Source: Camelus dromedarius
Lineage: Eukaryota
Length of the DNA: 64,000 nt
Assembly (NCBI RefSeq): GCF_036321535.1
Contig: NC_087437.1
Span: 70,248,001 to 70,312,000, forward strand
Reading direction: 5' to 3'
A program made the translations under genes and the position numbers. The notes under the pieces are model-generated. The model did no database searches. It saw only the letters and a list, made by a program, of their open reading frames with translations, and was not told the origin of the DNA. The first letter of the stretch is position 1. Every line of letters starts with the position of its first letter. Positions 51,917 through 64,000 of the stretch are shown here, in pieces.

Positions 51917-54900
51917 GTAGGGCAGACAACTTTCATAAAAAAAATCCTGCTTGCTCAATCCCCCCTCTACCTATCATCTCCTTTAGCCCCCAATGCTTTT
52001 ATTCTTCCTCCCTTGAATTTTAATTTCCAGATTTAAGTTTGACAGAGCTATTGCTAGCTTAAAATTTGGAACATATATAGAAGGCCTATCCTCTATTAAT
52101 TTTCTTCCTACTATTTAAGGGTGTGCCCTTGTGATTTAGTTTAATTACTTTAAAAATAATTACAAACAAACCTATTTTTCTCACTAAAGTACCAAATAAA
52201 TCAGTATCTTCCACTCTTTTAAAACAGACCCCTCCGTATGTTTGTTAGTCTCTTTGCTTTTCTTGTCTGTTTATGCAATTCCATCTGTCTGTCTATATTA
52301 TCATGTTGTCCTTATTTATTGCTAACTGGGTTTTGTTAGTCATCTGCCAGTGAGTTTTAGCTGCAGTGACAGTGTGGGTATTACTAAAGTGAGACTCTTG
52401 TTCTTTGTTTTACATTGAAGTTTAAAGTCCATATTTACATTTTAAATCCTTGAAACAGGTTGCATACTTTTTGCCAGTATATTTATTTGATGACATTGGC
52501 CATAAGGCAAGGGGTTGTCACTAAGGGTGGGTAAAAATCTAGTAACTATTTTTATTATTACAAACTCTTCTATATTACATCTAGGAGTGTATTTTGAAAG
52601 AAATAAGGTACTCTGTTTTGTAACTTTTATTTTGCACATGGACTTGTACATTTATAGGGATATCACTGTGGTTAGTAAGAATGCAAACTTTCTTAACAAG
52701 CAGTTTTTATCCTAGGACAGTTTCCTTTTAGTATGTTACTGTTTATTTATGCTTAGGGAGGGAGGAGTAGGGGGCTGGCCATCTTTTTACAAAGTGGAAG
52801 CTATGAAGTGTATCAGGCCATCTTGAGCAACAACTGTAAGTATTCATTTAACATTTCAGGAACTATAAGTAATGTATTTATTATTTCAAATGTAGTTTTG
52901 AGGTGCTTTCTTTTTCCTTTATTATTTATGTCTTTTTTATGGTAGGAAAAGTTGCATTTCACAACTAGCTGACATTGTTGAAGAGTTTTCCCACAACAGT
53001 GTTCTTTGAAATTCAAAGGAGTAGTTAAATAGGTCCATTTGAAATGATTTGTCTAATGGAGTTTTATTCACATTGGTCCAAAAGTAAAACTGCTTTTCAT
53101 TTGGTAAAAATTAAATCAGACGGTGAGATATCAAATGTTTTCAGCACATACATAAGCAATGATAGAAAATGGGTGCTAATCTATAGAGATCTTTGATAAT
53201 AGCAATCACCTTTTTCATAATACATTATTTATTTAATCGAAGTGGCAGACTTTCTTTTTTTCTTTTTTTTTTTAATTCCATTAGGCCTCTCTGACAACAC
53301 AAAGAAGTCCATAAAGCAATATTCTTAACCCACCTGGGACTCTAGAGCAGATTCCCAAACACATTCTCAAGGTTCAAACCTAGTAAAATGTTTATTAAAA
53401 ATCCATTATTCCAAGAGGGTGGTGAACTTTTGCTGCTAAAGGTCTTTTTCCTTTCTTTTAGAAAAATTATTCTGAGACTTTTAATTTGTTTATGTCGCCT
53501 GAACTGTCTTTTAAGCTGGAAAGGCCAGCTTTGACCAAGAGTAGTGCAGATGCTAAGTACACTCAGTCAGGTCCTGGCAGGGATTTTTTTTTTTAACCCT
53601 GAAGGCCTAAAGGGGAACTCTGGGGGAGTCTACTGAAGGTGTATGTTAATCTGGCACACAATATATGGTGTTTCAAATGTGATTTTCTCCATTTCAGATT
53701 CCTGACCTAAAAATTTGTTTTCAAATTAATGTTAAAAGTGCGCACCTGTCATTTTCTATATTAACATTGTGAGAACTACCTAAAATTCTACTCCTTTTTT
53801 CAAAATAAGGCTTTAATATATCTCTCGATCAACAATTCTTTTTCTGTGCACATGTATATGTGGAGATATCTGTTGTGCATACTGCATTTATGTACATATT
53901 CTCATACACGTATGGATAAAGAAATCACAGATTCTTTGCAGATATCACATCTTAAAATTTCATGTTAAGCATATTTATGTTAATTAGAGGCAAACAAAAA
54001 ATGTAAAAGCTTTTAAGAGAAGATGAAAATTTCTTTTAACCTTCTAGAAAGAATAAAAGAGTAAACATTTAGTCATTTTTATGGTTGGCTTGATTTTTAG
54101 AATGTGTATATGTTTTCTTTTGCATTATAATTCCTAGCTTTCCATAGATCTAAAATATTTTTAGTATGAAAAATAATTTTGGCCTTTTCTGGGAGGGACT
54201 GTCACAATCTAAATACAGCAGGACGTTATAAAATGTACATAAGTAAACTTAAAACCAGTGTACTCTGCTATATAGGGATTTGGAAAGCTGAAAGGCTTGC
54301 ATCACAGGAGGGCTATAGAGTGCCAGAAGAATTCGTTAACCAGCCTTGCTGGTTATGATGGGCTCTTCCTATCAGCACATGAAATCTGCCTGTTGAAAGC
54401 CCTAAAGTCTTGGTCAGGTCACAGTGTGTTTCATTTTAATGTTGGAGCAGACAGTTATCTAACACACCCACATGAGGAAGTTTTCTAAAGCAGTTATTCC
54501 ATGCTTTGTCATGCTCTGTAGCTAAAACAATTTGGTACTGAGTGACGGGTGTGTGTGCTTTTTAACTCCTATACGATGAAAATCAGCTTTGGCTCCTCAA
54601 AAAGGACCAAAATAGTGGAATGCAAGAGAGAGTGATTCAAATGCTAAGCACATGCTGGTTTAAACTTTTTTTTTTTTAACTCAAGGGAAGAATCACTATG
54701 CTTATTTTTAATATAAAGACTATATAGTAATTTCCTGGATTTTACTCATTAAGATTTCAAAACTTGCAAATACTTTTCTCCTTCACATTTTTCTCCAGAA
54801 GCCTACATTCATCAAAAGGATAGCAGCTGCATACTTCCCCTGCAATGTGAACAAATAAATGGCATTCCTGTTTATTTATCTATTTTTGAATTTTAATGAT

Positions 54901-57900
54901 TAGTCCTTTTGCTAATTAACAAATTCCCGTATTCATAAAATCTGGCACTTCATAAATATCCAATTGTGTGATTATCTACACATGTTCTGGCTTTCTATAA
55001 ATATAGAAATTATCAGTGGATGTGTTCTTGAACTTGCCCAAGCGTGAGTAGCGGCTGGTCATGCTGCCACGTAGGAAGCCAAGTTCGGACCCTGAACAAA
55101 CATGTTGTACCAGGGTCTGGCAAGGTGTGTAGAAGCAGCATCTGGCTGATAGTGCTAACTAGTGATCCTTTCTGGCAAAGGAAAGACTGATGTTGACATT
55201 CTTTGAATGCCACTAGTTCCAGCCTTCTTCAGTCCCAAGGGTGGCCTCTTTAGGTCTATAAGTTGATAAAGAATATCAGAGCTGACTTGTCTTGGAGGCC
55301 ACTTTAGAAATATACTTTAAGAAACTACATTTTTCTGTGGAAAATACTTTATTAAACTTCTACAAAAGAATAAAATAGTACCTTCATCCTAAGTTCCTTA
55401 ACCAGTGAAACTCTAATTAACATGACAAGTTGCATAGCGCTGAAAAGAAAACATAAATATTTTCATTCATATAGCCATGTAACTCTTGCAAACAGGTTAC
55501 AGAAATCATATATTGCTTACATAGGACTGGTTCACCCTACATCAAGGACAGTGTTCACTAGCAGTGGAGCAAATGTGTACATGCAAGTGTCAGGATTAAA
55601 GCAGAAATCAACCCTTTTAAATTATTTTTTTCATATTCTGTATAAATCATTTTGGTTAGCTTATGCAATCACTGGATATTATTTACTACAGTCAGCACTG
55701 GCCATTTGATTCTTTGCTCCAAACTTTCAAATCACATATACGATTCCTAGGTTATCTGATAAAACTTGAAATTTGCAAATTTTTTGAAAATCGCTTAAGT
55801 AATTTCGAGCATTTTGCAGAATCCTCAGGGATTACAGCCAATGCCAAATAACTAGCAAAATCCTTTTAATCTTTTACCAAAACCCAAGGGCAATATCTAT
55901 ATCCTAGAAATTCTAGAGAATGCCTGAATTTTATGTTTTCCTGTAACATAGATACATACACATAGATAATACACATTTAATCATCAAATAACATTGATGC
56001 CAATTATGTTTAATGTATCAAAATATATTCCTTGAACTCTTACTTCTAATTTCAACATAGGCAATCTTCTGGGGCTGTGGGAAGAAATAATGCCATCTAT
56101 TATTACTATCATGTATGTATAACCACTACAGCAGATGTTGGTAACAACATTCAAGGGCCTAGAAGAAAAAAGTACTCTTCTGCCACTCTAGCTGTTTATC
56201 TGTAATAATAAATAAGTGGCATGCGATTTCTGCACTAAACTGTGGACAAATTATGCTCTACATTGGCTTTATAACCTCTCTTCTACTCCAGGAGCATGTC
56301 TTTTTGTGATTCTATAGTTCACTTGAAAATAATCGGCTTGAGGACATGGACTTTGCCTTTCTGGAATCTTTTGACACTCAACTGAAACTACAGCTCTGGG
56401 TGTTCTGTAGTTCAGTTAACCAATGCAACCTTTACATAACTGCTTTAATTTAGGGAAAGTTAGCTACTGACTTCCAAGTGAGTGTACTGAGACAAGGAGT
56501 GAGGGCTGCATTTATTGATCCATCTAGTTACCAGATGGAAATTGAAGATATTATTACTAATTTTTGAATATTAAGTCTTACCTTTGATACTTTGATGGAG
56601 AGGGTAGCAATTATAGTATAATGTGTTTATCTTCTTGATAATAGAAGTAATTTTGGCACTGAATATTTCTCTATCTCGAGGTGTGATGAATTTAACATAC
56701 ATATTACACATTATGCACTTCAAATGTTGAGTTTATTAGAATGCTTTTCATATTAAATAACTAATGTAAGGATTTGCATTCAATAAATATAAAACTAATT
56801 AATGGAGTTTGGGGTTTCTGGAAATTAAAAAGGTGCCCAATAAATTGAAACTAAAAAATGTTAATGATTATGAATCTTATACATAGTATAGTATTTTGTC
56901 TTTAGAAAGTTTTAATATGAACTTTTTAAAAATGATGTTTAAATATAAATTATTTAAAAGTATTTAAATTTTAATTCTCCAATGTTTAGAGTCTTTAGTT
57001 TTTTACTAAATGAGCCTGGATATTTGCTGTTTTTACCTTTCTTTTCAGAAATGTTCTCTGAATTACTGTTGTAATCAAATAGGGATTTGTTGTTGGCAAA
57101 TTCCTTTTATAGTATGAGCTTCTTTCCAGTAAATGAAATACAAGTGGGAGAAAATTAAAGTAGTGTTGTCAGTTTGCTCAGGTACCAAATTAAAACTTAG
57201 TAAAAAAAAAAAATACTATTACAGCAGAAAACTGTGACTGTCCTAGGCTGTGTAATTTTTCTGGTGAATAGTATGTATGGTTATTATTATAAACAGAAAC
57301 CCCTTGTTTAACACCAATACATTTAAAAAGTAAGAATATGGTCCTCTCTTTTATTGTTTAAATATGAACTAGGCAAATATAGTCTCAGGGGTGGATTTAA
57401 ACTATAGGGTTTATTGTTTTTGTAGTTGTTTTTAAATACTGGACACACTAAGATTCATTTTGACCCAGTAAATATACTTTGGGTTTACACATATTTACTA
57501 ATATCCCCATCTTCTTATGTTTGCACATATCACTCCAGCTTTAGACTGGGCAAAAAGAGCTGGTTTAGTTCTTACTTTTTCTAGTTTCTCAAATCAACAA
57601 AGGTTTTTATCCCCTTATTTCATCTCTAGAGGGGAGGAAAACAGAGATGATTAAGAAGCAAATGGAGATAAAAATATGAGTAAAGCAAAGGGTAGAGGTA
57701 GCGGATGCTTTTGAACCTTCTAAGTATATATGTGTAAGGAAAGAAAAAGACTTTCTGCTCAACCCTCAATAAAAACCATCTGACATATCTAACGTGGCAC
57801 TCTCTTTTCCCTATATCTGTTTAAACCAGAGCTACCTAAATTCCTCCTCCACTCCAAGACAGATCCCAGTGGTACCACGAAGAGAGGATCATAGAAGAGA

Positions 57901-58599
57901 AAGTCATAATGAATCACATTTCTAATACATTCACTGCCAGGTTTTCTTCATACCTTTTTCCTTTTAAGCCTTGGGTTTGGAGTTGTGAGCAGATTTTCAT
58001 AGTTGGTGGACAGATTTCATTTGTTTTGATAAGAAGCCTTCCCAACAAAGAATTCCCAAGGTATGCCACGAACAGCATCATGACTAATTAAAGTGGATGA
58101 AGTGATCAACTGAATATGTTTGTGTGTGTGTGTTTGTATGTGCGTGCATACACGTGTTTCCTCTCTTAAATAACTTTTGTACAGAACAAAACAAAAACTG
58201 CTGTAAACTTCCTATCAGTCTGAATGGATTCAGATTTCTTTTTAGAGTGGCTTTCTGAAACCATTTTTGTATAGTGATTTTTAACTAGCACATTCTACCC
58301 CATTCCCTGCCCACTTGCTGCTTTACTTTTTAAATGTCGAATGAATGTGAATCATTCTTTAGTTTTAAAAAAGCGTGTTCTTATAACAGGTTCAGAATAT
58401 ACCCATGAATATGAAGATGTTCTAGGGCTTATATACAATAATTCTAATCCTATCAACTTATCATGAAAGTATGTGAATGAAAATTTTAGAAACATGTTTT
58501 TCCTAGTATGTTGAGAGAAATCCTGTAGTGTGGTAAACAAAACAAACAAGCAAACAAACAAATGAAAAGCACTGCCTTGGAGAACAGGAGGCATTATCT

Positions 58600-58720
58600 A
58601 ATGCTAAAAAGGATTTAAAGTGGTTAAATTTGAAGGCCTGGTTTCTGGTTCTGACTGTATGATTTTGAATAAATCATAATCTCTCTGTTCCTCAGTTTCT
58701 TTGCCTGTAAAATGAAAGCA
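58600..58720 (+). mobile_element. MIR fragment
   Basis: 'cctggtttctggttctgactg...aaatcataatctctctgttcctcagtttctttgcctgtaaaatg'. Confidence 0.7.
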
Positions 58721-58778
58721 AAACCTTTTTTTAGATTTTTCTTTTACTTAAAGATCATGTGCTTCTATTTTAAATAGC

Positions 58779-58840
58779 TGTGTGTGTGTGTGTGTGTATA
58801 CACACATATATATACACACATACACAAACACACATATGTA
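58779..58840. repeat. Compound (TG)n-(TA)n-(CA)n microsatellite
   Basis: tgtgtgtgtgtgtgtgtgtatacacacatatatatacacacatacacaaacacacatatgta. Confidence 0.95.
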
Positions 58841-59799
58841 ATTCTGCTTGTATTTTCTACCTATATATCACAAATGAGTGGAGAGAAGTTTAGGTTGGTA
58901 ATGATGGAAGAATAAAGGGAATTTAGCTGATCTGAGAGACCATACATACTTTAATTTTTTGGTTATTGTTATCCTCAGCTTAAATTGATATCACATTATA
59001 TTACTGGGTCTATTTAATAATTCAGTGAATACAGTATACCAAAAATTGTCATTTGTCAGACAAAGTGACATAATTGCCCATGGGTGTTCTGATAAAAGGG
59101 CTGCTTTTAATTGAATGAAACACAACATTCCTCCCCACTGGCCACTAGATGGAGAGGTGGTCCATGACCATGGTCTGGCCCATGGTAAACAGCTCACTTC
59201 TGACTTTCTATTGGCAAAGCTGCACTATATGCGTTTGAACGTATCTATGAACACACATGGTATTTTGCAGAAACCATCAGAGAATGTGTTCTCTTCTATA
59301 CCAGCATGATGTAATATTTATGAAATGCAAAATGATTTGTTCCTTGTTTGACCACTGTTAATGCTGGTAAGACCTAGGAGAAGGTTTTAGTTGTCACAGT
59401 AGGCCCTTTTGCCTTTTTCCAATTTGTCCATTTAGAAAGGGTCCTGAAATAAATGTCAGCACGACAGTGCCACCTTGTGTCCCTCTTGCTGTGAGAATAA
59501 CTGATGCATGACACAGTGAAAAAGAAAGAACAGGACATTTGCAAATATTTGGCAAATTGTTTCAAGCTCTGATTTTGTAGTAGCTGCACGAAAATCTGTG
59601 TTTTAAAGTGTTTGGCAATTCTTACGACTCAAAGAGAAGTTAGGATGTGTTCACTTTACCCCTTCTCTCATCCCATTGTATATTAAAAATAGTTTAAAAA
59701 TTCCAGTCACAAACAGGGATGAGTTCAATTTAGAATTAGGGGTGAAGAAGTCAGGGATTGTCAGATATTCATATAATTCTTACCACTTGTTAAGCCTTA

Positions 59800-60040
59800 G
59801 CCCAATTGTTTCAGACAGTGAGGTGATCCTTCCTGAACATTCTCAGTGTGACTTTTATATGCATAACTTGATAACATCACTTTTCACATTGTACTGCCAC
59901 TCTTTGTAAGCATATCTTCCAGCTAAACCATGAGCTTCTCCAGGATAGTGTCTGTGTTTTATTCATCCTTCTGCCTCTAGAACTTTCTATAGCATTCAGC
60001 CCAGAGGCACTCAGATGTTTGAGGTCTGAATAAATGATTA
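59800..60040 (+). mobile_element. L2 3' end
   Basis: 'ctaaaccatgagcttctccaggatagtgtctgtgttttattcatc...agaggcactcagatgtttg...tgaataaatga'. Confidence 0.7.
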
Positions 60041-60076
60041 TATCTGGCTAGTTTATAACTTCTCGTTTTTAAAATT

Positions 60077-60120
60077 TATGTATGTATGTATGTATGTATG
60101 TATGTATGTATGTATGTATG
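60077..60120. repeat. (TATG)11 microsatellite
   Basis: 11 perfect TATG units, followed by TTA-rich run. Confidence 0.95.
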
Positions 60121-60304
60121 TATTTATTATTTTATTGTTTATTATTATTATTTTTTGAATTTTAAATAATTTTACTGCTTTTTCTATTTGGAAAAATACC
60201 TTCTGATACCTCCTGTTTTCCAAACATTCCTTTATAAATTTACTTTCTCTCACATTAAAAATATCTGTTTCTCTTTTTGATAATGAAAACAGTGTGTTGC
60301 TTAT

Positions 60305-60480
60305 TCACAGTGTATATTGTAGTTGACTTTGGGGTAAAGATAGTTAATCTCTAGTTCTACTTTTACAACAAATTTGTTCCGTTATCTTGAGTAAGATACT
60401 TAACTTTTCTAGGTTTGTTTCCCATGCATAAAATGAGCAGGCTGGGCTAGTTGATTTTAAGGTACTTTTTGTTCTGGATT
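60305..60480 (+). mobile_element. MIR3-like SINE
   Basis: 'ctagttctactt...tcttgagtaagatacttaactttt...cataaaatgagcaggctgggctagttgattttaaggtactttt'. Confidence 0.6.
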
Positions 60481-60984
60481 TTTTAAAATAGGGATTAGAC
60501 ACCTGTTGGTGCTACTCTAGTTGTATATTTGGTTTAACAGTTTTTAAAGTACCATGATAGATGAAAATTAAATTGCTAGCTTTTGAAAGTACTATTTGAT
60601 AGCTCATGTTTTAGAAGGGAAAACTGAGGCACTTTTCTTATAAAGGGGCTTCACTTATAAAGGACAGAACTGCAAATGGGCAGAGTAAATAGTATTATAA
60701 CTGATGGATATTCCAATTTTTTGCTTAAATGTTTTTGTTAGATTTTGGTTAATTGAGCTCCACTTTCCTTCTATTCTTTAACCATAAAATAAATCAATTA
60801 CAGTAAATTTAAATAGCAAGATGAACCCAAGCTTTGCTATAGGACTTGAGACTACCTGTGATTTAGAGACTCTTTTATGCTATTTTTAAAAATTTTATAA
60901 AAATGAGTTCTTAGTTTTAAATTTCAGAATTTTTGCATGGAATTTACATCTGGGGTTTTCAGTCCATAAATTACTTTAAACAGC

Positions 60985-61140
60985 AAAGTGTATGACTTTT
61001 AGCAAGTTGCTTAGGCTTGTTACGTACGCTTGGTTTTCTTATTTGCAGAAAGGTGATAATAAATGTTACCCTTCCTAACTACCTCGCAAGGTTATCCTGA
61101 GGATTAAATGACAATGTATAGAGAATTTCTTTATAAATAC
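60985..61140 (+). mobile_element. MIR fragment
   Basis: 'gtgtatgacttttagcaagttgctta...ctacctcgcaaggttatcctgaggattaaatgacaatgta'. Confidence 0.7.
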
Positions 61141-61336
61141 CAATTTAATAAATTTTTAAAACTGGTCTAATTAATGGATAATAGAAACCTAAGTCAAAGC
61201 ACAAAGCAAAACACAAATTTAAAAAACCCTGAAATTCATGGCATTTCTTAGTTGGAGTGCTTCTCAGTGATTTATGCTCTCTGGAGATGACTTGATATGT
61301 TTGCCCAATTTCTAGATTTTGATTTGAAAATCTGTA

Positions 61337-61402
<66 letters not shown>
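61337..61402. repeat. (TAC)22 perfect trinucleotide microsatellite
   Basis: 66 nt uninterrupted. Confidence 0.97.
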
Positions 61403-61404
<2 letters not shown>

Positions 61405-61469
61405 ATCCTTATGAGCCTAAAATTAGTGTTTCCTTTAGATAAGCTTTTATGCATCATTCATAAGTTCAT

Positions 61470-61609
61470 TTTTATTGAAGTATAGTTGATTTACAATATT
61501 ACATTAGTTTCATGTGTACAACATATTGATTCAATATTTTTATAGCTTATACTCCATTTAAAGTTATTACAAAACAATGGCTATATTTCCCTGTGCTGTA
61601 TAATATATC
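61470..61609 (-). mobile_element. Short 5'-truncated L1 3' end of laurasiatherian type, with TSD
   Basis: 'tttattgaagtatagttgatttacaatatt...tactccatttaaagttattacaaaa...ttccctgtgctgtataatatatcc'; flanks cattcataagttcattttt (61455-61473) and cattcatacattcattttt (61610-61628). Confidence 0.85.
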
Positions 61610-61721
61610 CATTCATACATTCATTTTTGACAGTGATGTTTCTTAAAATAGAAGGTAAAATTTTTAAATAACCAAATATGACCAAATTTATTTTTTGATA
61701 TTGTAGTATTGGACTTTAGTC

Positions 61722-62015
61722 CAGTGGTTCTTAAACTTTAACGTACTTAAGAATTACCTAGGGTGTTTGTTACAATTCAGATTTCTGAGTTCCATCCCTA
61801 ATAGGGTTTCATCCTGGCTGGTCCACACCTGTTAGAAAACACTAGTTTCTTTTGCTATTGCACGTAAAAATCAGGTAGGGGATTTTTAAATGTACAGGTT
61901 TCTAGGTTCTGCTCCCCGATATCCTAAATCAGAATCTTTAGACTGGTATTCAGGCATCTATATTTCACAAAATCTACTTCATAAATTCTAATATTGCAAG
62001 ATTTGAGATCCATTG
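61722..62015. mobile_element. Two adjacent MER5-type hAT-Charlie MITEs
   Basis: TIR cagtggttcttaaactt at 61722; end-like 'gtccacacctgttagaaaacacta' ~61844; second with 'cctaaatcagaatct...ggcatctatattt...tttgagatccattg' to 62015. Confidence 0.75.
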
Positions 62016-62214
62016 CTCTTCTAGGGTATATTGCTAAAATATATTTACTGTTGCTCCTGAATGCATGCTTATCATTCACATTATTCCTTCACTACAGACA
62101 ATCTCATTTTACATAGACAGGCAAGTTGGTATTGCTATGTAAGAAAAGTTTAGGCTTGAAAAATAGCAATTACCACTCTGACCATAATAAGCCAAAATGA
62201 AGGAAAAGAGAAGT

Positions 62215-62400
62215 TACTGAGCATCTTTCACATAACTTGCTTAATTTAATCTTACAACTCTGTTGTATAGTCTGGTTTTCTGCCTAGGTTACAGGCAGAA
62301 ATCCTGAAGCTGATAAATTAAATTGCCAAGTTCACAGAGCTGTTAAGTGTCAATGCCAGTATTCAATGCCTAAACTCTTTCTATTACATCATATTATTTT
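62215..62400 (-). mobile_element. MIR fragment
   Basis: 'ttgccaagttcacagagctgttaagtgtcaatgccagtattcaa'. Confidence 0.55.
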
Positions 62401-62624
62401 TTCCCTAATCCAATAAATCTATACCAGGTTCCCATTATGTTAAATGATAATGTTTAGCTTTGAGGGCCACAAAATGCTTTAGTGATATGGTATAATAATT
62501 ATAGCTTACATCATTTAAAATAAATTGAATTTTTTTCCTATTCTTCCATTGAGAAATAATTTTTAGCTGGAGGTAGAATTCAAGATTTCTGAAAGGTAAG
62601 AAGATATCTAACTATGAATGATAA

Positions 62625-62845
62625 TCATAATTATTGAGCTGTGAAAAACATTGTCTATGAGATCTTTTTTAGCCCCTGTGTCTTTGTTAAGAGGTATTTT
62701 CTAACCCACTTTGCAGGTAAGGAAAGCCAAATTTGGGAAGGGTAAGTGACTTACCCAAGATTGCAGATCTGGTAAGTGGCAGAACTGGGATTGAACTTTG
62801 GTTCAATTGAACTTCCACAGCACATTTAGTGCTCTTAACCACCAG
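62625..62845 (-). mobile_element. MIR SINE
   Basis: 'cccactttgcaggtaaggaaa...ggtaagtgacttacccaagattgcagatctggtaagtggcagaactgggattgaac...gtgctcttaaccac'. Confidence 0.8.
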
Positions 62846-64000
62846 TACATGCAATTTCTGACTCTGCTTTACAGTTAACCTGCAGAATCAGGCTGTTCCT
62901 CTGTTTGGTAAGCAGAAGCCAATAAATGCTAATTAAACTTTGCGGGACTTAAGTTCATTTCCTTTGTAGGGAACAAACCATTTTGCCACACTTAATCAGA
63001 TTAGTAATATATTTTTTTAAGTCTTGTAAAGTTTGGTGTTAACTATGCATAATGCCTTAGAGAAGTCAGCTGAAGTGAATCACCTTTTGTTTATATTTTT
63101 ATTTGAGAGTTGAAACCCTTTGATGGAACAGATCATTTGAATGAAAATTTCATTCTTACCTATTATGACATGCCATGAAGACAACAATTTCATGGCCTCC
63201 ATAGCCATTGTTACTGGTCTTAAAATAATTGATTTTCATTTAAAATCCAATAAAAGTATTAATAGTATCAAGGTATCAGTGCTTCTTAAAATCCAAAATC
63301 CAAAAAGTTAATTTCTGAGCATTTGTGATTTTCTTATAAAAAAAAAGCCTCATGGTATAAAATGACAACCTGTGTATACAGTATAGTGTACAAACTAATA
63401 CAACTTCTCATTTACCAGGTACATGAATTGCTACAAATGTTATGTTTATGAATTTTAATAATTTAATAATATTTTAAATGCAATAGGGTACTAACAGTTC
63501 TGAAGTTCTAAAATGTATCTTCTAGGTGTGAAAATAATCATAATTTTATAAATTTGGTATGCATGTATTTTGGACATATTATTTATGTCTCTGTAATTAT
63601 GTGTTAAAACGTAGATTTTTTTTTTTTCAAAGACCCACAAAGTCACTAACCAGGGGATATAGTGTTGTATTTAGCAGACTTTCAAGTTTTTTGGAAAATT
63701 GGGTTTAATTTCAACTTTCTTTTCTAGGGGTGGTCTTTCCTAAATAGTGTTCTTTTAAATTCTATCAAGCAAATGAATGCTACCATGAAGAGAGAAGAGT
63801 GAAAATATGAAATGAAGACTTTTACCCTTACTCTTTTTTAGATACAGAAATTAAAACTTTTTTTTTTTTTTTTTAGAAAGTCCCATTTAGCAGCAGAGCA
63901 TAAACTGGAAAATTTGGTCAGTGATTTACTTAAGCTCCACAGGGAAAACCCTGTAGGGTGTTTTTGAACATCCTAAATTTATTTTGATTTGAGACCAGCT

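Larger units (their letters stand above)
12843..64000 (+). other. ZBTB20: Long 5' UTR intron region of the gene; no coding exon in window
   Basis: Begins at GT donor; repeat-rich, no convincing coding exon or 3' end; consistent with a gene having very long 5' UTR introns. Confidence 0.5.

Noticed and set aside
57030..57187. Strong acceptor 'tttttacctttcttttcag' at ~57048 as an exon start
   Set aside because: Only weak downstream donors (CAG|GTACCA); no further support
61272..61485. Poly-Ser and poly-Leu ORFs (signal-peptide-like)
   Set aside because: Translations of the (TAC)22 microsatellite

Overview
Mammalian (placental, probably laurasiatherian) genomic DNA: AT-rich, CpG-depleted and rich in ancient interspersed repeats (MIR, L2, L3/CR1, L1M, MLT1, MER31, Charlie/MER5). 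I see no protein-coding exon; the ORF-track entries are short chance ORFs, GC-island artefacts or microsatellite translations. The window holds the 5' end of a long + strand gene: a CpG-island promoter (~11.8-13.5 kb) with nine CCAAT boxes, a short non-coding first exon ending at a GT donor (12842), then a very long first intron containing a second repeat-free promoter/exon unit at ~51.2-51.9 kb. From memory both exon sequences resemble 5' UTR exons of ZBTB20 (not verified by search). Most interesting: (1) the 51.6-51.9 kb unit has the layout of a recursive-splice/hybrid exon (166-nt AG-free pyrimidine tract with one internal A in branch-point context, then AG|GTAGGT, then a second donor 141 nt later) and carries two overlapping uORFs; (2) ~40-43 bp spacing of same-strand CCAAT boxes; (3) an internally deleted L1 that keeps both ends and its target-site duplication; (4) a polyadenylated LTR fragment. 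No prokaryote-type system (CRISPR, operon, etc.) is present. Repeat family names are from recognition by eye and repeat boundaries are approximate unless termini are quoted.
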